From assembly GCA_035638695.1 (NCBI GenBank), contig DASQZM010000016.1:24035-88034 (forward strand): DNA of 64,000 nt, in the 5' to 3' direction. The first letter of the stretch is position 1. Each line of letters opens with the position of its first letter. This stretch comes from Gammaproteobacteria bacterium. Its GTDB lineage: Bacteria; Pseudomonadota; Gammaproteobacteria; UBA5335; SLRW01. Under the pieces are notes generated by a model. It did no database searches, was not told where the DNA came from, and saw only the letters and a program-made list of their open reading frames with translations. Below are positions 40,201 through 48,891 of the stretch, in pieces. The translations under genes were made by a program, and so were the position numbers.

Positions 40201-42845
40201 AGTTGCTCGAGCGCGACGTCGGCCATCGCCAGGTCAGCCGCGACGAGCTCGACACGCCCGAGACGATGGATCCGGCGCTGACTGAGATCTTCCTCGACGA
40301 GGGCGTTGAAATTCTCGCCAAGGCCGACGAGATCCTGCACGACTGGAGCACCGAGCCGGCGAACCAGGAAGAGGTCGACGCCTTGCTCCGGGAGCTGCAT
40401 ACGCTCAAGGGCAGCGCCCGCATGGCGGGCGCCCGCAACATGAGCAACCTGACCCACGAGCTGGAGGCGGCGGTATCGCTGCTCGCGCGCGGTCGCATCA
40501 GCCGCAGCGACGACTACATTGACCTGCTGGTACGCACCGTGGATCAGCTGCATACCATGCTCGACCGCACCCGTTCCGGGCAGCCGGTAGAACCGGCGCA
40601 GGCGCTGCTCGATGAGCTGCAGCCGGCCCGCAGCGCGCCGGCTGGCCCGCCGGCCCCGGAGGAGACGGGCCCGGACGAGGCAGCGGCCAAACAGGCGGCC
40701 TCCGGAGAGCCGGAGGCGCCGGTGGAACCGCAGGACGAGCGGGAGAGTGGCGAGGCGGCATCCGGGGAGACGTCGGAAGCGGCCCGGGATGAAACCGGAG
40801 TCGCCGGGGAGGACGGTGCCTCCGCCGCGGCGCGCCAGGGGCCGGCCCGGTCGCGAGAGGAGCCCGCGGAAACCGCCGTGCAGGGCCGCGACGAGCCGCC
40901 GGCCGTCGAGAGCCAAGAGAATGAATCCGCGCCGGTGCGTGCTGCCGCGCCGGCGGAGGAGCATGGGGCTCCCGCTGCCCGGTCCGCCGGTTCGGACCTG
41001 ATCCGGGTGCCGGCCGAAATAATGGATACGTTGCTCAACAACGCCGGTGAGGTCAGCATCTACCGCGGCCGTCTGGAACAGCAGATCAGCTCGCTGGGCT
41101 TCAACCTCACCGAGCTGGATCAGACGGTGGAACGCCTGCGCAACCAGCTTCGGGAGCTCGAGATCGAGACCGAAGCGCAGATCCTGCACCACTACGGCCC
41201 TGAGGAAGAGGATCGGCTGCGGCAGGAGTTCGACCCGCTCGAGCTGGACCGCTACACGCGGGTGCAGCAGCTCTCCCGCGCGCTGGTCGAGAGCGTGTCG
41301 GACCTGACCAGCGTCGAGGAGCTGCTGGAAAACCTTCGCCGCGAGTCCGAGAGCCTGCTGCTACAGCAGTCGCGCGTGGCCACGGAGCTCCAGGACACCC
41401 TGATGCGCACCCGGATGGTGTCCTTCACCACCCAGGCGGCACGGCTGCGACGCATGGTCCGGCAGGTCTCGGCGGAGCTGGGAAAGCGCGCGCATCTTGA
41501 GGTCGTGGGCGAGGCAGAGCTGGACCGCACGGTGCTGGACCGGGTCATGCCGGCGCTGGAGCACATGCTGCGCAACGCGATCGCGCACGGGCTGGAAGTG
41601 CCCGAGGAACGGCGCCGGCGCGGCAAGCCTGAGGCGGGCACGCTGTCGGTGGCGTTGCACCGCGAGGGCGCCCAGGTGGTGATCGTCGTGCGTGATGACG
41701 GCGCCGGCCTGGACCTGGGGGCGATCCGACGCAAGGCAATCGAGAAAGGCCTGACGCGCGAGGGGGTCGAGCTCAGCGACCAGGACATCATCCAGTTCAT
41801 CCTGGAGCCCGGCTTCACCACCGCGGACAAGGTCACCCAGATTTCGGGCCGCGGTGTCGGCATGGACGTGGTCGACGCCGAGATCAAGCAGTTGTCCGGC
41901 TCCCTCGCCATCGACTCGGGCCCGGGCACCGGTACACGCTTCACCATCCGGCTCCCGTTCACGCTGGCCATCAGCCAGGGGTTGCTGGTGCGCCTCGGCG
42001 AGGAGACCTACGCGGTTCCGCTGAACGCCATCGAGGGCGTGGCGCGACTGGCGCCCCAGGAGGCGCATGAGTACCTCACCGGACACCAGACCCACTACCG
42101 CTACGGGGGCACAACATTCACCGTCCGCCCGCTGTCGGAGCTCATGGGCGCCGGCAGCCGGCTGCCGGCGGACGACGCCCAGACGGTGCCGATGATCCTG
42201 GTGCGGGCGGGCGAGGAGCGCGTCGCCCTGACCGTGGACAGCCTGATCGGTAGCCGTGAAATGGTGGTAAAGTCGGTCGGTCCCCAGCTCGGCGGTATCC
42301 GGGGCATCTCCGGCGCCACGATCCTGGGTGACGGCAGCGTTGTGCTCATCCTGGACCTGGTCGCGCTGGTGCGCTCCGGTGCCATCATGCAGCGCGCGCG
42401 AGAGACCGGCGCGGCCTACGAAAAGACGGACGCCGAGGCGGAACGCGGCGTGACCGTGATGGTCGTGGACGATTCCATCACCGTGCGGCGGGTCACCACG
42501 CGGCTGCTGGAAAGCCGCCAGATGAAGGTCTTGACCGCCAAGGACGGGGTCGACGCGGTGGCCCTGCTGCAGGAGAACCATCCTGACATCATGCTGCTGG
42601 ATATCGAGATGCCGCGCATGGACGGCTACGAACTGGCCAACCACATGCAGGGACACGAGGAATGGCGTGACATCCCGATCATCATGATTACCTCGCGCGT
42701 AGGCCAGAAGCACCGTAGCCGGGCCCTGGAGATCGGGGTGGACGAATACCTCGGCAAGCCCTATCAGGAGGCGGACCTGCTGGAGACCATCAATACGGTG
42801 CTGGAACGCCACCGCCGAAAAGATACGGCAGAGGCCGCCAAGTGA
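37242..42845 (+). CDS. chpA: ChpA/PilL-type hybrid CheA histidine kinase (multiple Hpt, kinase core, CheW-like, C-terminal receiver)
   Basis: 1,867 aa from ATG 37242 (MMKQSVSDSLQWVK). Three canonical Hpt sites: GFHTLKGSG (His codon 39222), ALHTLHGSA (39960) and ELHTLKGSA (40398), plus N-terminal degenerate Hpt-like helices. HATPase blocks HMLRNAIAHGLE, DDGAGLD and GRGVGMDVV. CheW-like domain. REC domain VMVVDDSITVRR...LLDIEMPRMDG. Confidence 0.9.
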   Translation: MMKQSVSDSLQWVKTQLDQSLLAARNELEAYVDSPEDASPLERCADELHQVAGTLAMLELTGPLLITRELEFLLQQLRGGNAPETVYEPMLAALMVLPHYLDRLLHGQTDLPLLLLPQLNGLRTAAGKRALSEIDLFIETLPGLPDNDYLPPEAVSGDPAAEARRQRGVFQSALLRWMKDPTAEQHLQRMLDAMARMQGVTADQDAYRLWGAAAAVIEALKDRGLEADNTLKQLLGRVDRQLKQVADTGRAHEPERLFLSLLYFAGRARSSGQRLRYLYDAFGLAELVPDPEELERARQAMAGPDAELIGSVSRAIREDLVSVKEALDVFLRVEAAPTDELAPLVETLARVANTLGMINMRGMEELVDEQAAALKAITDGEEEASDAGLLEIARNLLNVESRLESDVLRDIEPGESDSQEPHGVDLEIGRAVFRESIRNLARVKESLTEFLEQEGDVSLVREAIQLLHEIEASLAMLELDRPGKLLGALRQYLAYEILERGHTPGSATLEIIADAVISVEYYLEALREGRTSPESILDTTEGYVDLLQEEPTGDWTATAVEAGIGVPADAAPEQGHQEPPEQAGGEEPSSREERPAVAEGQENTHRVPPVTPPQDDVDEEIVDIFLEEAEEVLETFSEFVPRWRNNPGDNEALVTVRRGFHTLKGSGRMVGAEFMGEFAWSIENMLNRVIDQTVQRSDEIVALIGEAVAALPELLQQLRDGTPPQTDVLGIIARAYEIAQPGSAEAARAAEAAGKALHGTGSTGPAEAGAPVDIGEEPPEPPEGQERPVEEAAGVTDKEAEPAREPGATQIGAEAGEEAREPPREEPGVEQTEGTATEPREPGAETGEEAAAAPETGSGGPRMDSVLYEIFSKECGGHLQTVDACLQAAREGEEADTVGDDLIRALHTLHGSANMAEATGIAELARRLEHLAKAMHNKRMTLAGETESLFRTSTDAVRDILAALGDSSVPMPDHSELWARIEAYERELLERDVGHRQVSRDELDTPETMDPALTEIFLDEGVEILAKADEILHDWSTEPANQEEVDALLRELHTLKGSARMAGARNMSNLTHELEAAVSLLARGRISRSDDYIDLLVRTVDQLHTMLDRTRSGQPVEPAQALLDELQPARSAPAGPPAPEETGPDEAAAKQAASGEPEAPVEPQDERESGEAASGETSEAARDETGVAGEDGASAAARQGPARSREEPAETAVQGRDEPPAVESQENESAPVRAAAPAEEHGAPAARSAGSDLIRVPAEIMDTLLNNAGEVSIYRGRLEQQISSLGFNLTELDQTVERLRNQLRELEIETEAQILHHYGPEEEDRLRQEFDPLELDRYTRVQQLSRALVESVSDLTSVEELLENLRRESESLLLQQSRVATELQDTLMRTRMVSFTTQAARLRRMVRQVSAELGKRAHLEVVGEAELDRTVLDRVMPALEHMLRNAIAHGLEVPEERRRRGKPEAGTLSVALHREGAQVVIVVRDDGAGLDLGAIRRKAIEKGLTREGVELSDQDIIQFILEPGFTTADKVTQISGRGVGMDVVDAEIKQLSGSLAIDSGPGTGTRFTIRLPFTLAISQGLLVRLGEETYAVPLNAIEGVARLAPQEAHEYLTGHQTHYRYGGTTFTVRPLSELMGAGSRLPADDAQTVPMILVRAGEERVALTVDSLIGSREMVVKSVGPQLGGIRGISGATILGDGSVVLILDLVALVRSGAIMQRARETGAAYEKTDAEAERGVTVMVVDDSITVRRVTTRLLESRQMKVLTAKDGVDAVALLQENHPDIMLLDIEMPRMDGYELANHMQGHEEWRDIPIIMITSRVGQKHRSRALEIGVDEYLGKPYQEADLLETINTVLERHRRKDTAEAAK

Positions 42846-42860
42846 CGGAGAGCGCCCGGG

Positions 42861-43343
42861 ATGGCTGAGCGCAACGGCGGCGCGGCCAACGACGTCTACA
42901 GCCTGCTGTTGCCCCTGAACGGCAACCGCCGGCTGCTGCTGCCCAATGCGGCGATCGTGGAGGTGATCGGTCACACGGCGATCGATCCGGTCAAGGACGG
43001 CCCCGCCTGGCAGGCGGGCATGGTGGCATGGGGGGATCGGCGGTTGCCCGTGATCAGCTTCGAAGCGGCCGACGGTGACGCGCTGCCGCCGCCGAACCCG
43101 CGGGCCCGCGTCGCGATCCTCTACAATATCGACGAGTCACTGGACGAGGACTACCTGGCCCTGGTCGTCCAGGGCCATCCTCACCTGGTCAAGGTGGAGC
43201 GCGGCCTGCTGCAACAGGGCCGCGAAGAGCCGGGCGTCGACTCCCCGGTGCTGTGCCGGGTACGGATCGGCACGACCGAGGCGATCATCCCGGACCTCGA
43301 TTTCCTGGCACGGCTGGTGGCGGAAGAGCAAGAACAAGAATAG
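42861..43343 (+). CDS. chpC: CheW-like protein ChpC
   Basis: 160-aa CheW-domain-like protein (LLLPNAAIVEVIG...WGDRRLPVISFE) immediately after chpA. Confidence 0.7.
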   Translation: MAERNGGAANDVYSLLLPLNGNRRLLLPNAAIVEVIGHTAIDPVKDGPAWQAGMVAWGDRRLPVISFEAADGDALPPPNPRARVAILYNIDESLDEDYLALVVQGHPHLVKVERGLLQQGREEPGVDSPVLCRVRIGTTEAIIPDLDFLARLVAEEQEQE

Positions 43344-43370
43344 GCGGTTTTAGGTAAACCTGAAACCGCC
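43343..43370. terminator. stem-loop between convergent chpC and gabD (12-bp stem incl. one G-U, TAAA loop)
   Basis: GGCGGTTTTAGG-TAAA-CCTGAAACCGCC starts at the last base of the chpC stop. On the minus strand it is followed by TATTCTTGTTCTTG. A second perfect 11-bp palindrome lies at 43370..43395. Confidence 0.55.
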
Positions 43371-43380
43371 CCCGGGGCGC

Positions 43381-44832
43381 TCATGCGCCCCGGGGGACGG
43401 TCTGCACCTCCACGAACTCGAACAGCCCCTCGAGTCCGCCTTCGCGGCCGTAACCGGACTGCTTCATCCCGCCGAAGGGGGCCTCCGGAGTGGGGCCGGT
43501 CCCGGTGTTGTAACCCACGTGGCCGAAGTGCAGCCGCGGGATGATCCAGTCGGCCCGCTCCTCGTCGGCGGTAAAGAGGTAGGCCGCCAGGCCGAACTCG
43601 GTGTCGTTGGCCAGGCGCACGGCCTCGGGTTCGTCCTCGAACTCCAGCATCGGCACCAGCGGGCCGAAGGTCTCCTCGCGGCTGCAGGCCATCTTGCCGG
43701 TGATGCCACGCAACACCGTAGGCGGGAAGAAGGCGCCCCAGTCCCTGTCCAGCTCGCCCGGGTCCTCGCCAGCGACCCGCTGCGCGCCCTTGTCCAGGGC
43801 ATCCTGCACGTGGCGACGGACCTTCTCGTAACCGTTGCGGTCGATCAGGGGACCCAGGTCGACGCCATCCTCGAGGCCGTTGCCGAGCTTCATCCGCGCC
43901 ACGCGCTCGGCGACTCTCCCGGCGAACGCGCCGGCGACGCCTTTCTGCACCAGGATGCGGTTGGCGCAGACACAGGTCTGGCCGCCGCCACGAAACTTGT
44001 TCGCGATCAGGTTGTCGGCGGCGCGGTCGAGGTCGGCGTCGTCGAACACCAGGAACGGCGCGTTGCCGCCCAGCTCCAGGGTGAGCTTCTTGACCTGGTC
44101 TGCGGTCTTGCCGATCAGCTCACGGCCGACCTCGGTGGAGCCGGTGAAGCTGACCACGCTGATGTCGGGGTGCTCGCACAGCGCGTCACCGATTGGACCG
44201 GCCGGGCCCGTGACCAGATTCACCTTGCCCCGCGGCATTCCCACGTTCTCCTCCAGTAGCTGGAACAGCGCCAGCATGGTCAGGGGCGTCTTGGAGGAGG
44301 GCTTGATCACGCTGGTGCAGTCGGCGGCGATCGCCGGTGCCAGCTTCTTCGCGATCATGCCGATAGGGAAGTTCCACGGCGTGATCAGCGCCACGGCGCC
44401 GGCGGGCCGGTTGTAGACCGTCCAGGCGCAGTTGCGCGGCCGCTCTTCCAGCGTGCGTGAGCGCAGCGCGTCGATGTGCCGGGCGCAAAAGCGGAAGAAG
44501 CCGGCCGCGTACTCGACCTCGCCCTGGGCTTCATTCCAGGGCTTGCCGTGCTCCATGGTCAGGATGCGCCCGATCTCGCGCTTGTTCTCCACCAGCGTTT
44601 CGTCGATACGCTCCAACCACGCGCGCCGCTCTTCCAGCGTGGCGGCGTCCTCCAGCGCGGCTTTCGCCGCCGCGACCGCGCGGTTGGTCTCGTCGCGACT
44701 CATGGAAGGCACTTCGGCGAGGGTCTCGCCGGTTGCCGGGTTGGTGACCGCGAGGGTTTTGCCGTTGTCGGCGTCGACCCATCTGCCGTCGATGTAGCCC
44801 TTCAGGTGCGTGAGCAGGGGTGACTCGATCAT
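43381..44832 (-). CDS. gabD: NAD(P)-dependent succinate-semialdehyde dehydrogenase
   Basis: Strongly colinear with E. coli GabD as I recall it (ITPWNFP, FTGSTEVGR, ELGGNAPFLVFDDADL, GQTCVCANR, EETFGPL). ATG at 44832 (MIESPLLTHLKGYIDGRW). Confidence 0.88.
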   Translation of the reverse strand: MIESPLLTHLKGYIDGRWVDADNGKTLAVTNPATGETLAEVPSMSRDETNRAVAAAKAALEDAATLEERRAWLERIDETLVENKREIGRILTMEHGKPWNEAQGEVEYAAGFFRFCARHIDALRSRTLEERPRNCAWTVYNRPAGAVALITPWNFPIGMIAKKLAPAIAADCTSVIKPSSKTPLTMLALFQLLEENVGMPRGKVNLVTGPAGPIGDALCEHPDISVVSFTGSTEVGRELIGKTADQVKKLTLELGGNAPFLVFDDADLDRAADNLIANKFRGGGQTCVCANRILVQKGVAGAFAGRVAERVARMKLGNGLEDGVDLGPLIDRNGYEKVRRHVQDALDKGAQRVAGEDPGELDRDWGAFFPPTVLRGITGKMACSREETFGPLVPMLEFEDEPEAVRLANDTEFGLAAYLFTADEERADWIIPRLHFGHVGYNTGTGPTPEAPFGGMKQSGYGREGGLEGLFEFVEVQTVPRGA

Positions 44833-44953
44833 GCCTGGTCTCCGTGTCTGTCCGCACGCCGCGCGCACGCGCGACGCAGTGCTGTCCGATGCCTCGGCTG
44901 CCGGCCGGGACGGCTCCCGGGACAGCGCTACCTTGCCTGTTGCCTGAGACTGT

Positions 44954-45961
44954 TCAGGCGTGGCGTCGTTCCGGTTGGTCCACGACGTAGCCGCGCGTCT
45001 TGTCCACCACGTTCTCGAGCGAACGGCCCTCCTCCCAGCGCCGGAAGTTTTCGAGGAACTGGGTGGACAGCGCCTCCCGCCAGCCGATGAAGTCACCGGC
45101 CATGTGCGCGGTCAGGATCACGTTGTCGAGGCCCCACAGGGGATGGTCATCCGGCAGCGGCTCCTGCTCGAAGACGTCCAGCGCGGCGCCCGCGAGCTCA
45201 CCGTCGCGCAGCGCCTGGACCAGGGCGCCGGTCTCGACCACGGGACCGCGCCCGACGTTGATCAGGCGCGCGCTGCGTTTCATACGGTGGAACGCGGCCT
45301 GGCCGAACAAGCCGCGGGTGGCCTCGGTCAGCGGCGCAGCGATTACGACGAAGTCCGCGCGGGGCAGGGCCGTGTGCAGCGACTCCGCGGCGTAGACGCG
45401 CTCGAAGTCCGGATCGTGGGCGCGGGCGCGCCGCGCCAGAGCCAGCGTTTGCATCCCGGCGGCCCGGACCATGCGGGCGACGCTGCGCCCGATCGCCCCG
45501 GCGCCGACCACCAGAACGGTCTTGTCGGTGACCCGCTCGGTATCCCGGTGCTGCCAGCGATGTTCCCGCTGCAGCTTGAGGCTGGCCGGCAGGTCCTTGG
45601 CGAAGGCGAGGATCAGGCCGAGAACGAATTCCGCAATCGCACGGTCGAAGATGCCGCGGGCGTTGGTGACCGGGACGTCGCTCTCGACCAGCTCCGGAAA
45701 CATGAGCGCGTCGACGCCAGCGCTGGTGGCGTGCACCCACTGCAGGTGGCGGGCGTGGGGCCAGGCTTCCTGCAGTATGGTGCTACGGAAGTCGGTCACC
45801 ATCAGCACGTCCGCCCGCTCCAGCGCGTCGCGGAGGCTGTCCGCGTCGGTTGCGTGGACGATCTCCGTCTTGGCCTCGAGCGGCTCGAGCCCGGGCGGAC
45901 GCCCTTCGTCCGGGGCGGTGAGCACCGCCACCACGGGCCTGGCCGATTCGCTCTCGGGCAT
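44954..45961 (-). CDS. D-isomer-specific 2-hydroxyacid dehydrogenase family protein
   Basis: NAD-binding VGAGAIGRSVARM, the catalytic-domain block NVGRGPVV and a C-terminal TAHMAG. ATG at 45961. Confidence 0.82.
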   Translation of the reverse strand: MPESESARPVVAVLTAPDEGRPPGLEPLEAKTEIVHATDADSLRDALERADVLMVTDFRSTILQEAWPHARHLQWVHATSAGVDALMFPELVESDVPVTNARGIFDRAIAEFVLGLILAFAKDLPASLKLQREHRWQHRDTERVTDKTVLVVGAGAIGRSVARMVRAAGMQTLALARRARAHDPDFERVYAAESLHTALPRADFVVIAAPLTEATRGLFGQAAFHRMKRSARLINVGRGPVVETGALVQALRDGELAGAALDVFEQEPLPDDHPLWGLDNVILTAHMAGDFIGWREALSTQFLENFRRWEEGRSLENVVDKTRGYVVDQPERRHA

Positions 45962-46191
45962 CGCTACCTCCGGAAGGGTCGGGATCACCGCGGGCGGCGG
46001 CGCCCCGGAGCGGGCCACCGACGCTCCGGCGACGTCCCGGTCGGTCCTGCGTTGACGGTACCGGCGCCCGCGAACACCCGTCAAGCGGGCGACGGTTGAC
46101 CGCGTGGCCAAAAAGTGGCCTTCTGGACCCAACGCCAGGCAATACCGGGCGCGGCTCGCCGGCTTCGCCCGCGACCCACGGAGACGCACCC

Positions 46192-47424
46192 ATGGCGACA
46201 CAGCTCGATCTCGATCAGGTGGACGCGGCCAGCCAAGTCTGGACACCGTCACTTCAGGCGATTCCCGTGGCCGGGATCCGCCGCATGGTGAATCTGGCGG
46301 CGACCATGGAAGACGTGGTTCATCTCTCGATCGGGCAGCCGGACTTCCCCACGCCGCAGCACATCATCGACGCGCACATCGAGGCGCTGCAGGCGGGCCA
46401 TACCCGTTACACGATGGACGCCGGGCTGCCCGAGCTGCTCACGGCGCTCAAGGACTACTACACGGAGCGCTACGGGCGGCCTCTGGTGGAGGAGAACTTC
46501 CTGGTCACTACCGGCGCGACGGAGGCCATGTACCTGGCGCTGACCGCGACGGCGGCCCCCGGGCGCCAGTTCCTGGTCACCGACCCGACCTTCCACCTGT
46601 ACGCGCCGCTGATCCGTATGAATGGCGGTGAGGTGCGCATGATCCCGACGCGCCCGGAGAACGGCCACCAGCTCGACCCGCAGGAAGTAATCGACAACAT
46701 CGGCATGCGCACCTACGGGATCGTGCTCAACTCGCCCAGCAACCCGACCGGAACGGTGTATCCGCGCGAGACCGTCGAGGCCATCCTGGAGGAGGCGGCC
46801 TACCGCGGCATCAAGGTCTTCAGCGACGAGGTCTACGATCACCTGGTGCTGGAGGACATGGAGTATCCGAGCGTGATCCGCTGCACCGCCGACCTCGATC
46901 ATGTCATGTGCGTGAGCAGCTTCTCCAAGACCTTCAGCATGCCGGGCCTGCGCCTCGGCTGGATCATCTCCAGCCAGGGCGCCATCAAGATGCTGCGTCG
47001 CCTGCACATGTTCACCACCACGGTCGCCAACACCCCGGCACAGTGGGCCGGGGTGGCCGCGTTGCGCGGTGACCGCAGCTGCATCGACGAGATGGTCGCG
47101 GAGTACCGGCGCCGGCGCGACCGGGTGGTGCAGCTGGTGGGCGAGACCCCGCACATCCAGGGCTACCAGCCGCAGGGGGCGTTCTACGTGTTCCCGTCGC
47201 TACCGCCCAAGACCGACGGCACGTTGATCGCACACCGCCTGCTGGAGGAGGCCGGGGTCTGCGTGGTTCCCGGGGACGCCTTCGGCGAGAGCTGTCAGAA
47301 CGCTTTCCGCATCAGTTACTCGACTTCCATGGACCAGATCGAGGAAGGCTTCGACCGCATGAAGAGGTGGATGGCGAAGCAGAAGTTCCAGGTCTCGACG
47401 GGGACGGCGCGGATAAAGCCGTGA
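46192..47424 (+). CDS. class I/II pyridoxal-phosphate aminotransferase
   Basis: NSPSNPTG and the PLP-lysine block SFSKTFSMPGLRLGW. GGAG lies 8 nt before the ATG at 46192. Confidence 0.85.
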   Translation: MATQLDLDQVDAASQVWTPSLQAIPVAGIRRMVNLAATMEDVVHLSIGQPDFPTPQHIIDAHIEALQAGHTRYTMDAGLPELLTALKDYYTERYGRPLVEENFLVTTGATEAMYLALTATAAPGRQFLVTDPTFHLYAPLIRMNGGEVRMIPTRPENGHQLDPQEVIDNIGMRTYGIVLNSPSNPTGTVYPRETVEAILEEAAYRGIKVFSDEVYDHLVLEDMEYPSVIRCTADLDHVMCVSSFSKTFSMPGLRLGWIISSQGAIKMLRRLHMFTTTVANTPAQWAGVAALRGDRSCIDEMVAEYRRRRDRVVQLVGETPHIQGYQPQGAFYVFPSLPPKTDGTLIAHRLLEEAGVCVVPGDAFGESCQNAFRISYSTSMDQIEEGFDRMKRWMAKQKFQVSTGTARIKP

Positions 47425-47520
47425 TTGGGGCAGTAAGTATTGAGTTTTCGGTCGCTTGGCCGAAGATGCGGGGAGCCTGTAACCACTTCGCCCGAGGTAC
47501 CTCAGGGCTGGTGCCGGAAT

Positions 47521-47913
47521 TCACAGCGGCCGGGCAAAACTGAGCTCATGCCCGTCGGGGTCGGTCAGGTGGAAGAAACGCTCCCCCCACGGCGCATTGC
47601 GCGGCTCGGCGTGGGGCATGAAACCAGCGGTGACCGCGCGCCGGTGCATGGCGTCGACGTCATCGACGTGGAAGATCGGCCGGCCCCAGGGGCGGATGTC
47701 GGCGTCGGGCACCAACTGGAGGTTGAGGAATCCCGGACCGACGTGGAAGCTGGTGAAGGACGCGCCCTCGCCGCCATAGCGGATGCGGAAACCCAGCCTG
47801 CGGTAGAAGCGCACGCTGCGCGCCATGTCGGTTACCGCCAGGGTGACCGCGCTGATCGCCTCGAGCGGATCTGGTTCGTCGTCCTCCCACATGGAGCCCC
47901 CGGTATCGGACAT
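47521..47913 (-). CDS. VOC (glyoxalase/bleomycin-resistance) family protein
   Basis: 130 aa. AISAVTLAVTDMARSVRFYRRLGF and a C-terminal HLTDPDGHELSF, typical of the paired beta-alpha-beta-beta-beta fold. Confidence 0.8.
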   Translation of the reverse strand: MSDTGGSMWEDDEPDPLEAISAVTLAVTDMARSVRFYRRLGFRIRYGGEGASFTSFHVGPGFLNLQLVPDADIRPWGRPIFHVDDVDAMHRRAVTAGFMPHAEPRNAPWGERFFHLTDPDGHELSFARPL

Positions 47914-47920
47914 GCCCCCG

Positions 47921-48634
47921 TCAGACGTAGCTGATCAGCGCCCGGTCGCCCGCCAGGTGGGGCACAGCGTTGAAGGTGCTCAGCGCGAACCGTCGCGGAG
48001 AATACAGGTACTCGCTGAACGAGGCGTTCTTGACCATGTAGTTGAGCTCCATGGTCTTGACGTCGCCGAGCCCGAGGGCCTCGCCGGTGACCGCCGCCAC
48101 GGTGCCGCCGGAGGCGAACACGACGACCTGATCGTCGGGCCGCGCATCGCCGAGCATACGCCGGATCACGCGCCCGATGCGATCGCGGAAAGCCTGCCAG
48201 CTCTCGTGCTCGGGGTCCACGTGCCGGCCCTCGGCCCAGCCCTGCGCGAAGCGCGTGAACAGCTTCATATAGCGCCGCTGGTATTCCCGGGGCGCCGCGC
48301 CCTCGGCGATCGTCCGCGCCAGCTCCGGGTTGTCCGCGATTAGCTGCGGCAGGGCATCGCGGAACACGAACTCGCCCTTGTGCTCGTCGAGCTCCGGCAG
48401 GTACTGGGGCTCGGGCAGGCGGCCTGCGCCAGCGCCGAGCTCGTCGACCACCGCCTCCCAGGTCTGGCGGTGGCGGCGCAGCGGTCCGACGAACACGCGC
48501 TGGCAGCTGAACCCGGTGGCGAGCCAGTGGCGCGCCAGCGCACGGGACTGCCGCTCGCCGAGTTCGGACAGGTGGTCGTAGTCGTCGGCGCCGAAGGACG
48601 CCTGTCCGTGTCGGATGACCGTGAGGATGCTCAT
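47921..48634 (-). CDS. histidine phosphatase (phosphoglycerate-mutase-like) family protein
   Basis: N-terminal catalytic RHG motif (LTVIRHGQASF) with a downstream ELGERQSRAL. Confidence 0.82.
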   Translation of the reverse strand: MSILTVIRHGQASFGADDYDHLSELGERQSRALARHWLATGFSCQRVFVGPLRRHRQTWEAVVDELGAGAGRLPEPQYLPELDEHKGEFVFRDALPQLIADNPELARTIAEGAAPREYQRRYMKLFTRFAQGWAEGRHVDPEHESWQAFRDRIGRVIRRMLGDARPDDQVVVFASGGTVAAVTGEALGLGDVKTMELNYMVKNASFSEYLYSPRRFALSTFNAVPHLAGDRALISYV

Positions 48635-48891
48635 CGCGGTGGTGGTGATGGCCCGGAAAAGGTCCGGATCATATCATGTCCGGGGGCACGTGCGCCGCGC
48701 CGGGAGGCTCGCCTACGCCTGTGCCAGGGCGAAGCGGAACGGGGTGGGGCTCCTCACTGCCGAGCGCATGGAAATGCACCTGGCGGCCCTGCCGCAGCGC
48801 AGCGGGTCCGGGGAGCCACCGTATTGTTTGGAGCAGTCGGGGAGGAGCTCACGAGGAGCGACCCGTCGCACGGGCTCGTATCGCGACCGGC

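Noticed and set aside
38900-41000. Acidic Pro/Glu/Ala-rich stretches inside chpA, considered as tandem DNA repeats or an inserted element
   Set aside because: I could find no exact nucleotide periodicity. They stay in frame and sit between Hpt modules, as expected for flexible linkers.
37233-42974. Three long minus-strand ORFs (663, 606 and 537 aa) opposite chpA
   Set aside because: The + frame carries Hpt, HATPase, CheW and REC motifs in the correct order. The antisense products are low-complexity.
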